A stretch of DNA of 64,000 nucleotides. Source: Candidatus Omnitrophota bacterium (GTDB lineage Bacteria > Omnitrophota > Gorgyraeia > Gygaellales > Profunditerraquicolaceae). The stretch lies in contig JAKLGJ010000004.1 of assembly GCA_022710715.1 (NCBI GenBank), positions 256,166 to 320,165 of the forward strand, read 5' to 3'. The notes beneath the pieces were generated by a model. That model saw only the letters and a list, made by a program, of their open reading frames with translations. It did no database searches and had not been told where the DNA came from. This document shows positions 17,949 to 27,934 of this stretch, one piece after another (within the stretch, counting starts at the first letter, position 1; each line of letters starts with the position of its first letter). The translations under genes and the position numbers were made by a program.

Positions 17949-17992
17949 GGTCAAAACAATGCGGCCAAAACGGTCACAAAGGGCTCAAAAAG
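17949..17992. repeat. four tandem degenerate 9-11-nt repeats (GGYCAMAAC), candidate ParB-binding (parS-like) array
   Basis: GGTCAAAAC, GGCCAAAAC, GGTCACAAA, GGCTCAAAAAG in tandem, about 55 nt upstream of the ParB-N fusion gene. Confidence 0.4.
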
Positions 17993-18045
17993 GCGTGTTT
18001 TGTGGGTAGATTCGTTAATTAACGAGCAAAAAGGAGGAATTTCGA

Positions 18046-19337
18046 TGGCGAATATTAATGTTAATCCGGACATTTGCGATGTCAGTGTGTCAGAGCTGAA
18101 ACCGGCTCCGTATAACCCGAGAGAGATTTCGGACGAGGCGTTGGCGGGGCTTCGGCAGTCGCTTGAGCGATTCGGGATGGTGGATTTGTTGGTAGTCAAT
18201 AAACGCAACATGAGAATCATCTCGGGGCATCAGCGTTACAAGATTTTGCAGGAGGCGGGCGTTGAGAAAGTAACCGTCATCATGGTTGATGTGGACGAGA
18301 TCGCCGAAATGGCGATGAACGTCACGCTTAATTCTCAGGAGATCGCTGGGCAGTGGACAGCGGCGTTGATTCCGCTTCTTGAGAAATTGCGCACCGAGAA
18401 TGGTGACGCATATATCGCTTTACGTTTACAGGAACTCAGGGATCAGGTGCGGGAGTTTGAGCAAGAGAATATTGGCAAGACTTTACCGGATGATTTACCT
18501 GAACCGCCGAAGGATTTAATCACCAAGCCCGGTGATTTATGGATTCTTGGTGATCACCGTTTGTTGTGTGGTGACAGCACCAAAGAAGAAGATGTCGCAC
18601 GGTTGATGGACGGAGAGCAGGCGGACTTGCTTGCGACAGACCCGCCGTACTGCGTTGATTATACCGGCAAGAATAGACCCAACGGTGGCAGGGATTGGTC
18701 GAACGTTTATCACGAGATCGATATCCCGGATGCATCGGCTTTCATGAGAAGTTTTTACTCGGTCGCTCTGAAATTTATCAAACCGCATACGGCGTTGTAT
18801 CTCTGGCACGCATCGAAGCGCAGAAGTGAGATCGAGTGTGTATGTCAGGAACTAAATATTCTCATTCACCAGCAAATAATATGGGTTAAGCCGTGCGTGA
18901 TTTTGACCTATTCGTTTTATTCATGGCGGCATGAGCCATGCCTTTTGATGTGGGTTAAAGGGCAGAAGCCGCCTTATCGGCCGAAGGACAAATCTATCGG
19001 AAGCGTCTGGTCGATTGACTTCGTGCGCTCAGGCGATCCGACTACGCCAGAGTATCACACCGATGTTTGGGAGCTTGATTGGGAAGGAAAGAAGCGGGGA
19101 AGCTCGATCGCAGAACATCCTACGGTTAAACCGACCGAGGTGTTCGCCATACCAATACGGGTACATACGCAGGTGGGGAATATTTGTTTTGAGCCTTTTT
19201 GCGGATCGGGTTCACAGATAATCGCCGCAGAGAGATTAAATCGCCGGTGCTTCGCCATGGAACTTGAACCGTTCTTCGTGGATGTGGCTGTTAAACGCTG
19301 GGAAGAATTTACCGGAAAGAAAGCGGTGAGAGCTTAA
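18046..19337 (+). CDS. ParB-like nuclease N-terminal domain fused to an N6-adenine/N4-cytosine DNA methyltransferase
   Basis: ParB-N segment (YNPREISDEALAGLRQSLERFGMVDLLVV); methyltransferase motif IV DPPY (LLATDPPYCVDY) and an AdoMet motif (FEPFCGSGS); start MANINVN at 18046. Confidence 0.85.
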
Positions 19338-20008
19338 TGGAAGAAGTAAAGCCGAAACAGAACTTGGCGGATATCGCCCGGAAGAAACGTTACCTGCACT
19401 TAATTGAAAAATTGCACAGCGGCACGCCGTTAACCAAGATCGAGATCAGAGAGCTTGAGGAATTTGAGAAAGAACCGGAGGCACCGACCGTTGTTAAGAG
19501 CGCAGAGGAAGTAGCGCAGTTCATGGACGTGTCGGAGCGCACGGTTTACCGCTGGCGTAATGAAGGCATGCCGGTAACCAAGGACGGGTACTACGATCTT
19601 GAGCGGATCAGGGTTTGGTTTGAGGAAAGAGAAAAGACCGGTGATGGCGAAGGCAAAGCGTATTGGGAAGAAAAGATCAGGAAGTACAAAGCGACGCTTC
19701 TTGAGATTGAGTTGAAGAAAGCTCAAGGCGAGCTTATCTCGAGCGAGGAAGTCGAGCGTGGGCGCATTTCAAGGATCATTGGGGTAAAGCGTGCATTCTT
19801 GGCGTTGCCGACACGGCTCGCTCCGGCTCTATCTATGCAGGAGCCGAGAGAAATTGAGGTAATTCTTTATGAAGCGATTTCGGAAATTATCGATGAATTC
19901 GCGGGAGTTGTGAATGAGAACAGCGAAACAGGACAGGAGAATTTGGACACAGGCGGAGCGGCAGGCGTGGAAGCGCCCGGCAAAGATAACGGTCAGCCAG
20001 TGGGCTGA
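19337..20008 (+). CDS. terminase small subunit (putative)
   Basis: Sits immediately upstream of and overlapping the large terminase; HTH-like region; charged C-terminus. Confidence 0.5.
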   Translation: MEEVKPKQNLADIARKKRYLHLIEKLHSGTPLTKIEIRELEEFEKEPEAPTVVKSAEEVAQFMDVSERTVYRWRNEGMPVTKDGYYDLERIRVWFEEREKTGDGEGKAYWEEKIRKYKATLLEIELKKAQGELISSEEVERGRISRIIGVKRAFLALPTRLAPALSMQEPREIEVILYEAISEIIDEFAGVVNENSETGQENLDTGGAAGVEAPGKDNGQPVG

Positions 20009-21785
20009 TCAGTATCGATATCTTAATCCGGTAACGTCAGCCGAGCCGGGCAGGTGGAAGACCATACGCACGCCGTATCTTCAAGGCGTTATGGATGCTT
20101 TCACGGATCCGTATGTCGAGGAGATTACGGTCATGGCGGCTTCGCAGGTCGGCAAGACTGAGGGCATGTTTAACATGCTGGGATACCTGATTGATCAAGA
20201 CCCGGGCCCCACATTGGTGGTGTTGCCGAGGGAAAACGACGCAAAGAGCGTTTCCTATAATCGTGTGCTTCCCATGATTCACGGTTCTCCGGTTCTTCGC
20301 AACCGCATGCCGGTTAATGCTGACGATATGACGAAACTCGAATATCGTTTTGACCGGATGATTCTTTTCTTCGCTGGATCGAATAGTCCTGCTGATCTTG
20401 CCTCACGCCCGATTCGTTATTTGTTTTTAGACGAGATAGATAAATACCCGAGATTCTCGGGACGTGAAGCGGATCCGATTAAGCTGGCGACCGAGCGGCA
20501 GAAAACATTCTGGAATAAAAAGACGGTTAAAGTATCAACACCGACTACTCGTGACGGTTATATTTTTCGTGAGTTTGAGAGATCTGATCAACGCAGGTTT
20601 TTCGTTCCGTGCCCGCATTGCGGCGGGTATCAGATACTCGTGTTTGGTCAAATCAAATGGCCGGAGCATGAACGGTCAGCGGAGAAGATCAGGAATGAGC
20701 GTCTTGCGTGGTATGAGTGTGAGCACTGTAAAAAGCGCATCGATGATTATCAGAAACAACAGATGCTTTCTCATGGGAAATGGGTGCCGAAGGACTGCGA
20801 GATTAATGAACAAGGCGAGATATGGGGAGAGAAGATCAAGAGCAAGCACAGAGGATTTTGGATCAACTCGCTTTATTCGCCGTGGCTTAATTGGAGCGAT
20901 ATCGCCACTGAGTTTTTGAAATCAAAAGATTTTATTGAGCTGTTGATGAACTTCGTGAACTCGTGGTTGGCGGAGGTTTGGGAGGAGAAGATTGAGGAGA
21001 CTACGGTTGATAGAGTCAGGGCGCACGCATGCGAGTATACCGAGGGAATTGTTCCGGATGAAGCGGTTGTCTTAACGGCGGGCATTGATGTTCAGAAAGA
21101 TCATTTTTATTACGTCATACGTGGATGGGGTTATGAGGAGCAGTCTTGGCTTGTGCGGAGCGGTTCTTTGGAATACTGGGACGACTTAGTTGAGGTTCTG
21201 TTTAAGACGGAATACAGGAAATTTTCGGGAGAAGAAACGCTTCCGGTTTATATGACGTGTGTTGATTCCGGCTTCAGGACTGATGAGGTATATCACTTCT
21301 GCAGGAAATGGCATGATCGAGCGAAGGCGATCAAGGGGCAGGAGGAATTAACGGACGGCAGGTTTTATCGTGCGTCCAAGATCGATATCAATTCACGCAC
21401 GGGAAGCATTATCAAAAATGGTCTTGTGTTATGGAATCTTAATGTCACGCAGTACAAGGATAAAATCAGCCGCCTCGTGGCGAGCAAGGATCCGGCGAAA
21501 TGGCATTTGTTTAAGAATCCGTCAGATGAGTATCTTGCGCAGTTCACCGCAGAACATAAAGTTTTGATAAGAAACAGAAACACCGGCAAGGCGAAAGAAG
21601 TCTGGCAGAAGAAACGCTCCTCGATTGCGAATCATTATCTTGATGCGGAAGTCTACGCCATTGCGGCGGCGGATATAATCCGTGCGCTTAATCTGCGCAG
21701 AGATGAACGTACGGTTCATAAAGATATACGGCAGGAACACAGTCGTTCCAGCTGGATCCGCACAAGAGAAGGGTCGTGGATTTAA
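19914..21785 (+). CDS. terminase large subunit, GpA (lambda) family
   Basis: 623 aa; Walker A VMAASQVGKTEG; N-terminal ITVSQWADQYRYLNP region typical of GpA terminases. Confidence 0.85.
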   Translation: MRTAKQDRRIWTQAERQAWKRPAKITVSQWADQYRYLNPVTSAEPGRWKTIRTPYLQGVMDAFTDPYVEEITVMAASQVGKTEGMFNMLGYLIDQDPGPTLVVLPRENDAKSVSYNRVLPMIHGSPVLRNRMPVNADDMTKLEYRFDRMILFFAGSNSPADLASRPIRYLFLDEIDKYPRFSGREADPIKLATERQKTFWNKKTVKVSTPTTRDGYIFREFERSDQRRFFVPCPHCGGYQILVFGQIKWPEHERSAEKIRNERLAWYECEHCKKRIDDYQKQQMLSHGKWVPKDCEINEQGEIWGEKIKSKHRGFWINSLYSPWLNWSDIATEFLKSKDFIELLMNFVNSWLAEVWEEKIEETTVDRVRAHACEYTEGIVPDEAVVLTAGIDVQKDHFYYVIRGWGYEEQSWLVRSGSLEYWDDLVEVLFKTEYRKFSGEETLPVYMTCVDSGFRTDEVYHFCRKWHDRAKAIKGQEELTDGRFYRASKIDINSRTGSIIKNGLVLWNLNVTQYKDKISRLVASKDPAKWHLFKNPSDEYLAQFTAEHKVLIRNRNTGKAKEVWQKKRSSIANHYLDAEVYAIAAADIIRALNLRRDERTVHKDIRQEHSRSSWIRTREGSWI

Positions 21786-22027
21786 TGGGCGGCAGATGGC
21801 TGAACAGGCACGAGAATTGGCTTCATAAAAAAACTGCCGAACGACGCCCGGTTGGACGGCCAGTTAATGACAGCGAGGCTTATGGGGTGAGATATATTCC
21901 TTTGAAGTGCCCAAAATGCCGGAGCAAAGACGTTAGATGTTATTCGAGCACGCCGCCTATCAGGTATCATGTTTGCCGGGACTGCGGCTATAATTTCAAA
22001 TCCGTTGAGGCAAATGAAGAAAAATAA
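21776..22027 (+). CDS. Ogr/Delta-like zinc-finger protein (putative late transcription activator)
   Basis: CPKCRSKDVRCYSS...IRYHVCRDCGYNF matches the Ogr/Delta pattern C-P-x-C...R...S...RY-x-x-C-x-x-C-G-x-x-F. Confidence 0.5.
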   Translation: MDLMGGRWLNRHENWLHKKTAERRPVGRPVNDSEAYGVRYIPLKCPKCRSKDVRCYSSTPPIRYHVCRDCGYNFKSVEANEEK

Positions 22028-22145
22028 TTATTACTATTTTGTAGTAACGACCCAGTTGAAAAAGATTTGAAGTGAGATAAACTTAAAGTAGAAGATTAAA
22101 GCGGGACAGCTGATCACTGCCGCCGCACCCAATAAGTTATAAAAA

Positions 22146-22187
22146 CCCGATTCCTTAGCTAAGGGGGAGTCGGGTTTTTTTATTGGG
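22146..22187 (+). terminator. rho-independent terminator
   Basis: AACCCGATTCC-loop-GGAGTCGGG stem (one G-U wobble) followed by TTTTTTT. Confidence 0.6.
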
Positions 22188-22201
22188 CAGATAGGAGATT
22201 T

Positions 22202-22423
22202 ATGAGCGCACCGACAAAACAGGAAATGCTTGATAACGTTGAGGCGGCGATTAACGCCAGAATGACCGGCGGGGCGGTGCAGTCATATTCTATCGGTGGG
22301 CGCAATTTGCAATACATAACATTGACGGAACTTATAAAACTGCGGGACAGTTTACGGCAGGAAATCGTCGCTGGGGGTTCCGGTTCCCGCACGTCATACG
22401 CAAGGTTTGATAATCCAGTATGA
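22202..22423 (+). CDS. head-to-tail joining protein, gpW-like
   Basis: 73 aa, sits between terminase and portal as in lambda; helical pattern LIKLRDSLRQEI resembles gpW. Confidence 0.55.
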   Translation: MSAPTKQEMLDNVEAAINARMTGGAVQSYSIGGRNLQYITLTELIKLRDSLRQEIVAGGSGSRTSYARFDNPV

Positions 22424-23997
22424 GCATAAAAGAAAAAGTGGCAAACAGTTTAGATGGTTTTATCGACTTCTTCTCGCCCAAGGCGGGTTTAAAGAGGCGG
22501 ATGTTTCGTGAGGCGATTAAGTTATCCGATAAGTTCGGGTCTTATCGTGGAGCGGAAAAGAACAGGTTGCGTTCCTCGTGGCTTCCGGGCGGTGGATCAG
22601 CGGATCAGGACATTATTCCTGATCTGCCCGATTTGAGAGAGCGCAGTCGTGATTTAAACCGCAACGACGCACACGCTTCCGGGATCACGAGCACTATGAC
22701 AACGAATGTTGTCGGCACTGGGATCCGGCCGCAGAGCAGGGTTGATAAAGAGGCGCTAGGGATCGCTGACAGCAAAGCGGATAAATTTCAAAAGATAGCT
22801 GAGCGTACGTGGAAATTATGGCTTCCATACGCCGACGCTGGCACCCGTATGGATTTTTACGAGATTCAGCAATTGGTTGACAGACAGATCCTTGAGAATG
22901 GTGAGGCGATAGTTATCCCGGTCATGCTTAAAGATAAAAACCGTCCGTTCTCGCTTGCGTTACAGGTTATAGAGTCAGATCGTTTGGCGACACCACCTGA
23001 CAGGCGTGGGGATAAAACCGTTAGGGCGGGAGTTAAGATTGGCGAAAACGGAGAGCCGGTTTCTTATTTTATTCAAAAGACGCATCCCGGTGATTACCGG
23101 TTCGCAAAAGCGGAGGATCGGGAGTTCATTGAGATTCCCGCTCGTAATGAATACGGCAGACCGAACGTGTTCCATTTATATCCAATTCAGCGTTCTGGGC
23201 AGACTCGTGGAATTCCGTTTTTCTCGCCGGTGCTTACGTATTTCAAAGATTTGGCGGAGTACGCCGAAGCTGAACTTGTCGCCGCACGGATTGCGGCGTG
23301 TTTTTCGATATTTATCACTTCGGAAGCGTCGATGGATCTTAACACCGGATATGACCGCAACTTTCAAGGGCAATTTTTAGAGTCATTAGAGCCGGGAATG
23401 ATAAGGCATCTTCTTCCGGGTGAGTCAATAACTTCGTTTAACCCGCAACGTCCGTCGGCGACTTTTGAGCCGTTTGTGGAAAAAATGCTCAGGGCGATTT
23501 CAGCGGCTTTGGGTTTGCCGTATGAACTCGTCGCTAAGGATTTCTCAAAGACGAATTACTCAAGCGCACGGGCGGCGCTTCTTGAGGCACGCAGGTATTT
23601 TAAGGTGAGGCAAGAGTGGCTCGCACGCAAGCTCTGCCAGCCGGTTTGGGAGATGGTTTTGGAGGAGGCGTATTTAAGGGGCGAGCTGGGGTCGATTTCG
23701 TTTTATGAGAATAAGCAGTATTGGGTCAACGCATCGTGGATTACTCCGGGCTGGGAGTGGGTTGATCCGTTGAAAGAAGCCCAAGCGGCGGAGGTTGGTA
23801 TCCGAAACGGGATCGTCACCTATTCGGACTTGTATTCGGCGCAAGGGAAAGACTGGGAGGAATGTTTTGAACAAAGAAAAAGAGAACAAGAAAAAATCAA
23901 AGAGCTCGGGCTTGAAATCAATCCAAAGGCGGATTCAGGTAATGGTAAGAGCGCAGATGCAAACAGCGCAGACGCTGGTCGTGGAAGTGAGGAATAA
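22420..23997 (+). CDS. portal protein, lambda (gpB) family
   Basis: 525 aa (lambda gpB is 533); position after gpW; acidic/Gly-rich C-terminal tail. Confidence 0.75.
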   Translation: MSIKEKVANSLDGFIDFFSPKAGLKRRMFREAIKLSDKFGSYRGAEKNRLRSSWLPGGGSADQDIIPDLPDLRERSRDLNRNDAHASGITSTMTTNVVGTGIRPQSRVDKEALGIADSKADKFQKIAERTWKLWLPYADAGTRMDFYEIQQLVDRQILENGEAIVIPVMLKDKNRPFSLALQVIESDRLATPPDRRGDKTVRAGVKIGENGEPVSYFIQKTHPGDYRFAKAEDREFIEIPARNEYGRPNVFHLYPIQRSGQTRGIPFFSPVLTYFKDLAEYAEAELVAARIAACFSIFITSEASMDLNTGYDRNFQGQFLESLEPGMIRHLLPGESITSFNPQRPSATFEPFVEKMLRAISAALGLPYELVAKDFSKTNYSSARAALLEARRYFKVRQEWLARKLCQPVWEMVLEEAYLRGELGSISFYENKQYWVNASWITPGWEWVDPLKEAQAAEVGIRNGIVTYSDLYSAQGKDWEECFEQRKREQEKIKELGLEINPKADSGNGKSADANSADAGRGSEE

Positions 23998-25065
23998 ATG
24001 AAAAAAGATTTATTTAGAGCGGATATCGCTCGTTCCGGCAACGTCACAATTAGCCGTGAGGAGGCAGTTATCAATGGCTTCGCCGTTGTAACCAAGGGAG
24101 TGACTAAAGACAGCCGGGGTGAGTTTGACGATATCGCTCTTGATTCGGTTGTTGAATTTGGAAACAAGGCGAAGATGGGAGTTAAGTCAAGGTTTGGTCA
24201 TCCCAACATGAGCAGTACGGCGTTAGGCACTTTTCTAGGAAGGGTGCGAAATTTCAGACGTGATGGCGATATCGTCAGAGCCGATCTGCATATTGATGAG
24301 ACGGCGTTTAACACGCCGGATGGGAACCTCGCCGGGTATGTGCTTAATCTTGCGGAAAGCGACCCGGAGATGTTCGGATCATCAATGGTGATCAATTGGG
24401 ATGAGGAAAAACGAGAAGGCTTGGACGCTAATGGCAAAGAATTCCCGCCATATATTCGTGTCACGAATCTTTTCTCGGTTGACGTGGTGGATGATCCGGC
24501 GGCGAACAATGGATTGTTTGGCATGCCGTTTTTTTCCGAAAGCGTTCGTCCGTCAGTGGAGATGACAGCCTTCTTGGATAAATTCCTTAACAATCCTGAT
24601 GCGGTGGAAAAGACCATCGGGTTTTTGAATAGATATCGTTTGAACAAAGAAACTGAACATAAATGCAAAAGGGAGGTAACGGCAATGGATGAGTTAACGG
24701 TAGAGAAGTTGAAGGATCAGAGGAAGGATATTTTTGAAGCGGTTCACAAGCAGGGTTTTGACGCTGGTGTTCAGGACGAGCGTGGCAGAGCGGTTTCGAT
24801 CCTGAAAAAAGCGGAAACGTTTCAAGGCATGAGTGCGCTCGCTCGTGAGTCTGTTGAACAGGGTATTACGCTTGATCAATCGATCGTGAAATTCCAACAG
24901 AAGCGGTTGGATGATATCGAAAAAGCGTCAGCGCCGATTGTCGGGCCTGATGGCGAGGAATTGCCAAAGAAGAAAGCGACTCATTTGGAGCGGGCTCAGC
25001 AGTACAAGAAAGAGAATTCTTGCAGTATTACGGACGCTCTCAAGGCGACGGCGGACAAAAGATAA
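23998..25065 (+). CDS. prohead protease fused to scaffolding domain (putative)
   Basis: Position between portal and decoration/capsid; C-terminal coiled-coil charged region typical of scaffold; family assignment by synteny. Confidence 0.5.
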   Translation: MKKDLFRADIARSGNVTISREEAVINGFAVVTKGVTKDSRGEFDDIALDSVVEFGNKAKMGVKSRFGHPNMSSTALGTFLGRVRNFRRDGDIVRADLHIDETAFNTPDGNLAGYVLNLAESDPEMFGSSMVINWDEEKREGLDANGKEFPPYIRVTNLFSVDVVDDPAANNGLFGMPFFSESVRPSVEMTAFLDKFLNNPDAVEKTIGFLNRYRLNKETEHKCKREVTAMDELTVEKLKDQRKDIFEAVHKQGFDAGVQDERGRAVSILKKAETFQGMSALARESVEQGITLDQSIVKFQQKRLDDIEKASAPIVGPDGEELPKKKATHLERAQQYKKENSCSITDALKATADKR

Positions 25066-25090
25066 TAACCATTAAGGAGGAGGTAGAAAA

Positions 25091-25444
25091 ATGTCTCAAT
25101 TCAATATCGGAACAAAGGCGTTTACGGCGGGAGAAGCGATGGAAGCCTACCGTCGGGTTAAGTTAAGCACGGGTAGCGGAACTCAAGTTGAGTATGCGGA
25201 TGCGGGAGATGCCTTTATCGGGTTTACTGCGGCGGCCGTCAATTTGGGGGAAATGGTTTCGGTGATATTAAAAACCACCGGCATGACTTTTAAAGTAACG
25301 GCCAGCGGTGTGATTGCGGTCGGCGGTAATTTTTACGGCGCTCTGGACGGCAAAGTGAGCGCAACGGTAAACGGTCCTATACAAGGCCGAGTGCTGGAAG
25401 CGGCGGCGGCAGACGGTGAAATCGTGGAAGCGATTTTATTCTAA
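25091..25444 (+). CDS. head decoration / DUF2190-type capsid accessory protein
   Basis: 117 aa Gly/Ala-rich beta-type protein immediately upstream of the major capsid gene. Confidence 0.5.
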   Translation: MSQFNIGTKAFTAGEAMEAYRRVKLSTGSGTQVEYADAGDAFIGFTAAAVNLGEMVSVILKTTGMTFKVTASGVIAVGGNFYGALDGKVSATVNGPIQGRVLEAAAADGEIVEAILF

Positions 25445-25474
25445 TTTAACGCATTTAAGAAAGAGGAGGAAACC

Positions 25475-26437
25475 ATGGGAGTTGATTATTTAGCGACAAG
25501 AGCGGTGCCCCGTTTAGAGCTGGGCGAGGCGGCGATGGAATATATTCAACAGCAGGATGAGTTTATTGGGACGCAGGTCTTGCCGATTTTTCCTACAAAG
25601 AAAAAGGCGGCTATCTTTCCTGCGATCACAAGGGAAAGTATCACTCGTGAGGCGGACACTAAGCGTGCGCCACGGGGCAACTATAACCGTGACGGTTTTC
25701 AGGCGAAAGACAGGCAGTATAACTGTGAGGAATACGGACTTGAAGGGCCTCTTGACGACAGCGAAAGAAGTCTGTATGCGACCGACTTCGACGCAGAGCT
25801 TACTTCGGTGCAGATTATTACTCGCCGGGTACTGCAAGCTCAGGAAAGGCGTATCGCCGCAACAGTGTTTAATCTGACCACTTTCACCGGCGTTTCGCTT
25901 TACAGCGACAATTCGTCTCAGCCTTGGGATAACGCATCGTCCGCAGATATTCCTGCGCAGGTGCGTGCCGCACGAGAAAAAGTGAGAGCGAATTGCGGGA
26001 TTGAACCCAATGCGCTTATTTGTAGTAAAGCGAATATTGATCGTCTGTTGGCGAGCAACAGCATCAAGGACGCAATTAAATATGTGGCACGTCTAACCGA
26101 GGCGGAATTGATTAACGCTTTGGCGGATATCCTCGGCGTTCAGAAGATACTTGTTGGCAAAGGCATTTACAATGCCGCCAAGGAAGGGAAGTCTTTTGTC
26201 AGCGCTGATATCTGGAGCGACGATTACGCCATGGTTGCGGTGATCGGCGATTCTAAACGGCTCGCTGATCCGAGCGTGGGAAGGACGTTTCTTTGGACGT
26301 CAGACAGTCCGGAAAACGCCACGGTTGAGCAGTACCGTGATGATGCGGCAAGAAGTGATATCTTCCGTGTGCGTCAGCATGTGGACGAGTTGATCATCGA
26401 TCCGTACTTCGCTCATCTTATGAAAGTAGACGCTTAA
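25475..26437 (+). CDS. major capsid protein, gpE family
   Basis: 320 aa; lambda-like order and size; strong SD AAGAGGAGGAAACC. Confidence 0.75.
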   Translation: MGVDYLATRAVPRLELGEAAMEYIQQQDEFIGTQVLPIFPTKKKAAIFPAITRESITREADTKRAPRGNYNRDGFQAKDRQYNCEEYGLEGPLDDSERSLYATDFDAELTSVQIITRRVLQAQERRIAATVFNLTTFTGVSLYSDNSSQPWDNASSADIPAQVRAAREKVRANCGIEPNALICSKANIDRLLASNSIKDAIKYVARLTEAELINALADILGVQKILVGKGIYNAAKEGKSFVSADIWSDDYAMVAVIGDSKRLADPSVGRTFLWTSDSPENATVEQYRDDAARSDIFRVRQHVDELIIDPYFAHLMKVDA

Positions 26438-26490
26438 CAATTGAGGTTCGCCCGGGAGCTTAACCGCTTCCGGGTCCTCTTTAAGGGCAG

Positions 26491-26841
26491 GTGTCTATGA
26501 GTTTAAAAGAACAAATGCCGAAGGACGCTGTGAGCTGTTTTTTAAACAGCGGCGAGTTCGCTGAGGAAATTACCTACATCACAGGTGCGGGCGCTTCCAA
26601 GATTATTAAAGCCGTTGTTGTGCGTTATGAGCTTGCGCCAGCGGAAGAAAATATTAACCGTTCGTTAAAAAAACAGGCGGAAGTTTATATCGCAAACGAT
26701 GAAACAAGCGGCGTGACAACCGTAAATAAAAAAGATGACCGCATAACGCTTAAAGACACGGAAGGGTTTGAACGTGAGGCGAGGATTAACGATGTCGTAA
26801 ACCATGATGACGGCATGTGGTATTTGATGGTGGGGTGGTAG
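26491..26841 (+). CDS. head completion / connector protein (putative)
   Basis: 116 aa; synteny only. Confidence 0.35.
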   Translation: MSMSLKEQMPKDAVSCFLNSGEFAEEITYITGAGASKIIKAVVVRYELAPAEENINRSLKKQAEVYIANDETSGVTTVNKKDDRITLKDTEGFEREARINDVVNHDDGMWYLMVGW

Positions 26842-27452
26842 GTATGGTGCAGTTAATCACAGAAATTGACAGTCGTGCGTTAGAAAGAGCGATTAAAATC
26901 GCTCCCCGAGTTCTTAAATTTGAACTTGCGGACGGTATGGATCGCATCGGCAAAGGGTTTTTAAAGCGGTTTAGACAGCAACAGCTTCAGGGGCCTCCGG
27001 GCGTGCGGGGTGCGTCAGGGCATGGATTATTTGGCACGTTCAAACGTGTGTTTTTTGTAACACCTGATATTGAGGGAATGGGTTTTGAGATTTTTACCGA
27101 GTCAAAGATCGCCAAGCTACATGAGACAGGAGGCACGGTAAAAGACCCGGGCGGCAAGCGGCTGGCCGTGCCTTTATCGGCACGCAGTGAGATGTTTACG
27201 CCCGCTGGAAAACTTAGAGCCAGATATAAACACCCGAAAGAATTAAAAAATATCAGAGCGATGCGGTGGAAGGGCGAGACGTTTCTCGCACGGGTGACGA
27301 AACGTGCGCAGAAGATATTACCACTTTATGTCTTGAAACGGCAGGTAAGGATAAAGCCCCGCCTTGGTTTTTATAGAACATGGGACGGGCTGGTGAATTA
27401 CCGCATTGATATTTTGAATAAGTCGATCGACAACGCATTGAGGAAGATTTAA
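26817..27452 (+). CDS. head-tail joining / tail completion protein (putative)
   Basis: 211 aa; synteny only. Confidence 0.35.
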   Translation: MVFDGGVVGMVQLITEIDSRALERAIKIAPRVLKFELADGMDRIGKGFLKRFRQQQLQGPPGVRGASGHGLFGTFKRVFFVTPDIEGMGFEIFTESKIAKLHETGGTVKDPGGKRLAVPLSARSEMFTPAGKLRARYKHPKELKNIRAMRWKGETFLARVTKRAQKILPLYVLKRQVRIKPRLGFYRTWDGLVNYRIDILNKSIDNALRKI

Positions 27453-27919
27453 TGGAAACGGTCAGAGAGCGCATACTCCAAAACATAAAGACAGCGGTTG
27501 AGGCGGTGACAATCGCCAACGGATATAACTTTGATTTCACTCCGCAGACAGTTCAGCGTTGGTCAATGCACGGCAACCGCATGGTGGATATGCCGATGGC
27601 GGTTATCAGTCCGGGCGATGAGGACGAGTCAAGCTCGCCGAATCCGTTTGAGGAATGCGTGTTGACGGTTTATCTGGACGTATTTTTTATTAACGATGAA
27701 AACGATACGGTGCCGACCGACACGTATTTGAATAGATTACAGGGCGATATCAAAAAAGCGGTTTTGCTGGATTCGACTCGTGGCGGAGAAGCGATAGATA
27801 CCGATGTTTTAGGGACGACTCCGTTTGAGACGACCGAGGCGCAACCGTACGCCGGGATCATTATGGAGTTAAGGATTCGATATCGCCATTTACGGTCTGA
27901 TCCTACGGCGAAGAATTAA
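27452..27919 (+). CDS. tail completion protein (putative)
   Basis: 155 aa; synteny only. Confidence 0.35.
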   Translation: METVRERILQNIKTAVEAVTIANGYNFDFTPQTVQRWSMHGNRMVDMPMAVISPGDEDESSSPNPFEECVLTVYLDVFFINDENDTVPTDTYLNRLQGDIKKAVLLDSTRGGEAIDTDVLGTTPFETTEAQPYAGIIMELRIRYRHLRSDPTAKN

Positions 27920-27934
27920 CAAGGAGGAATTGCG

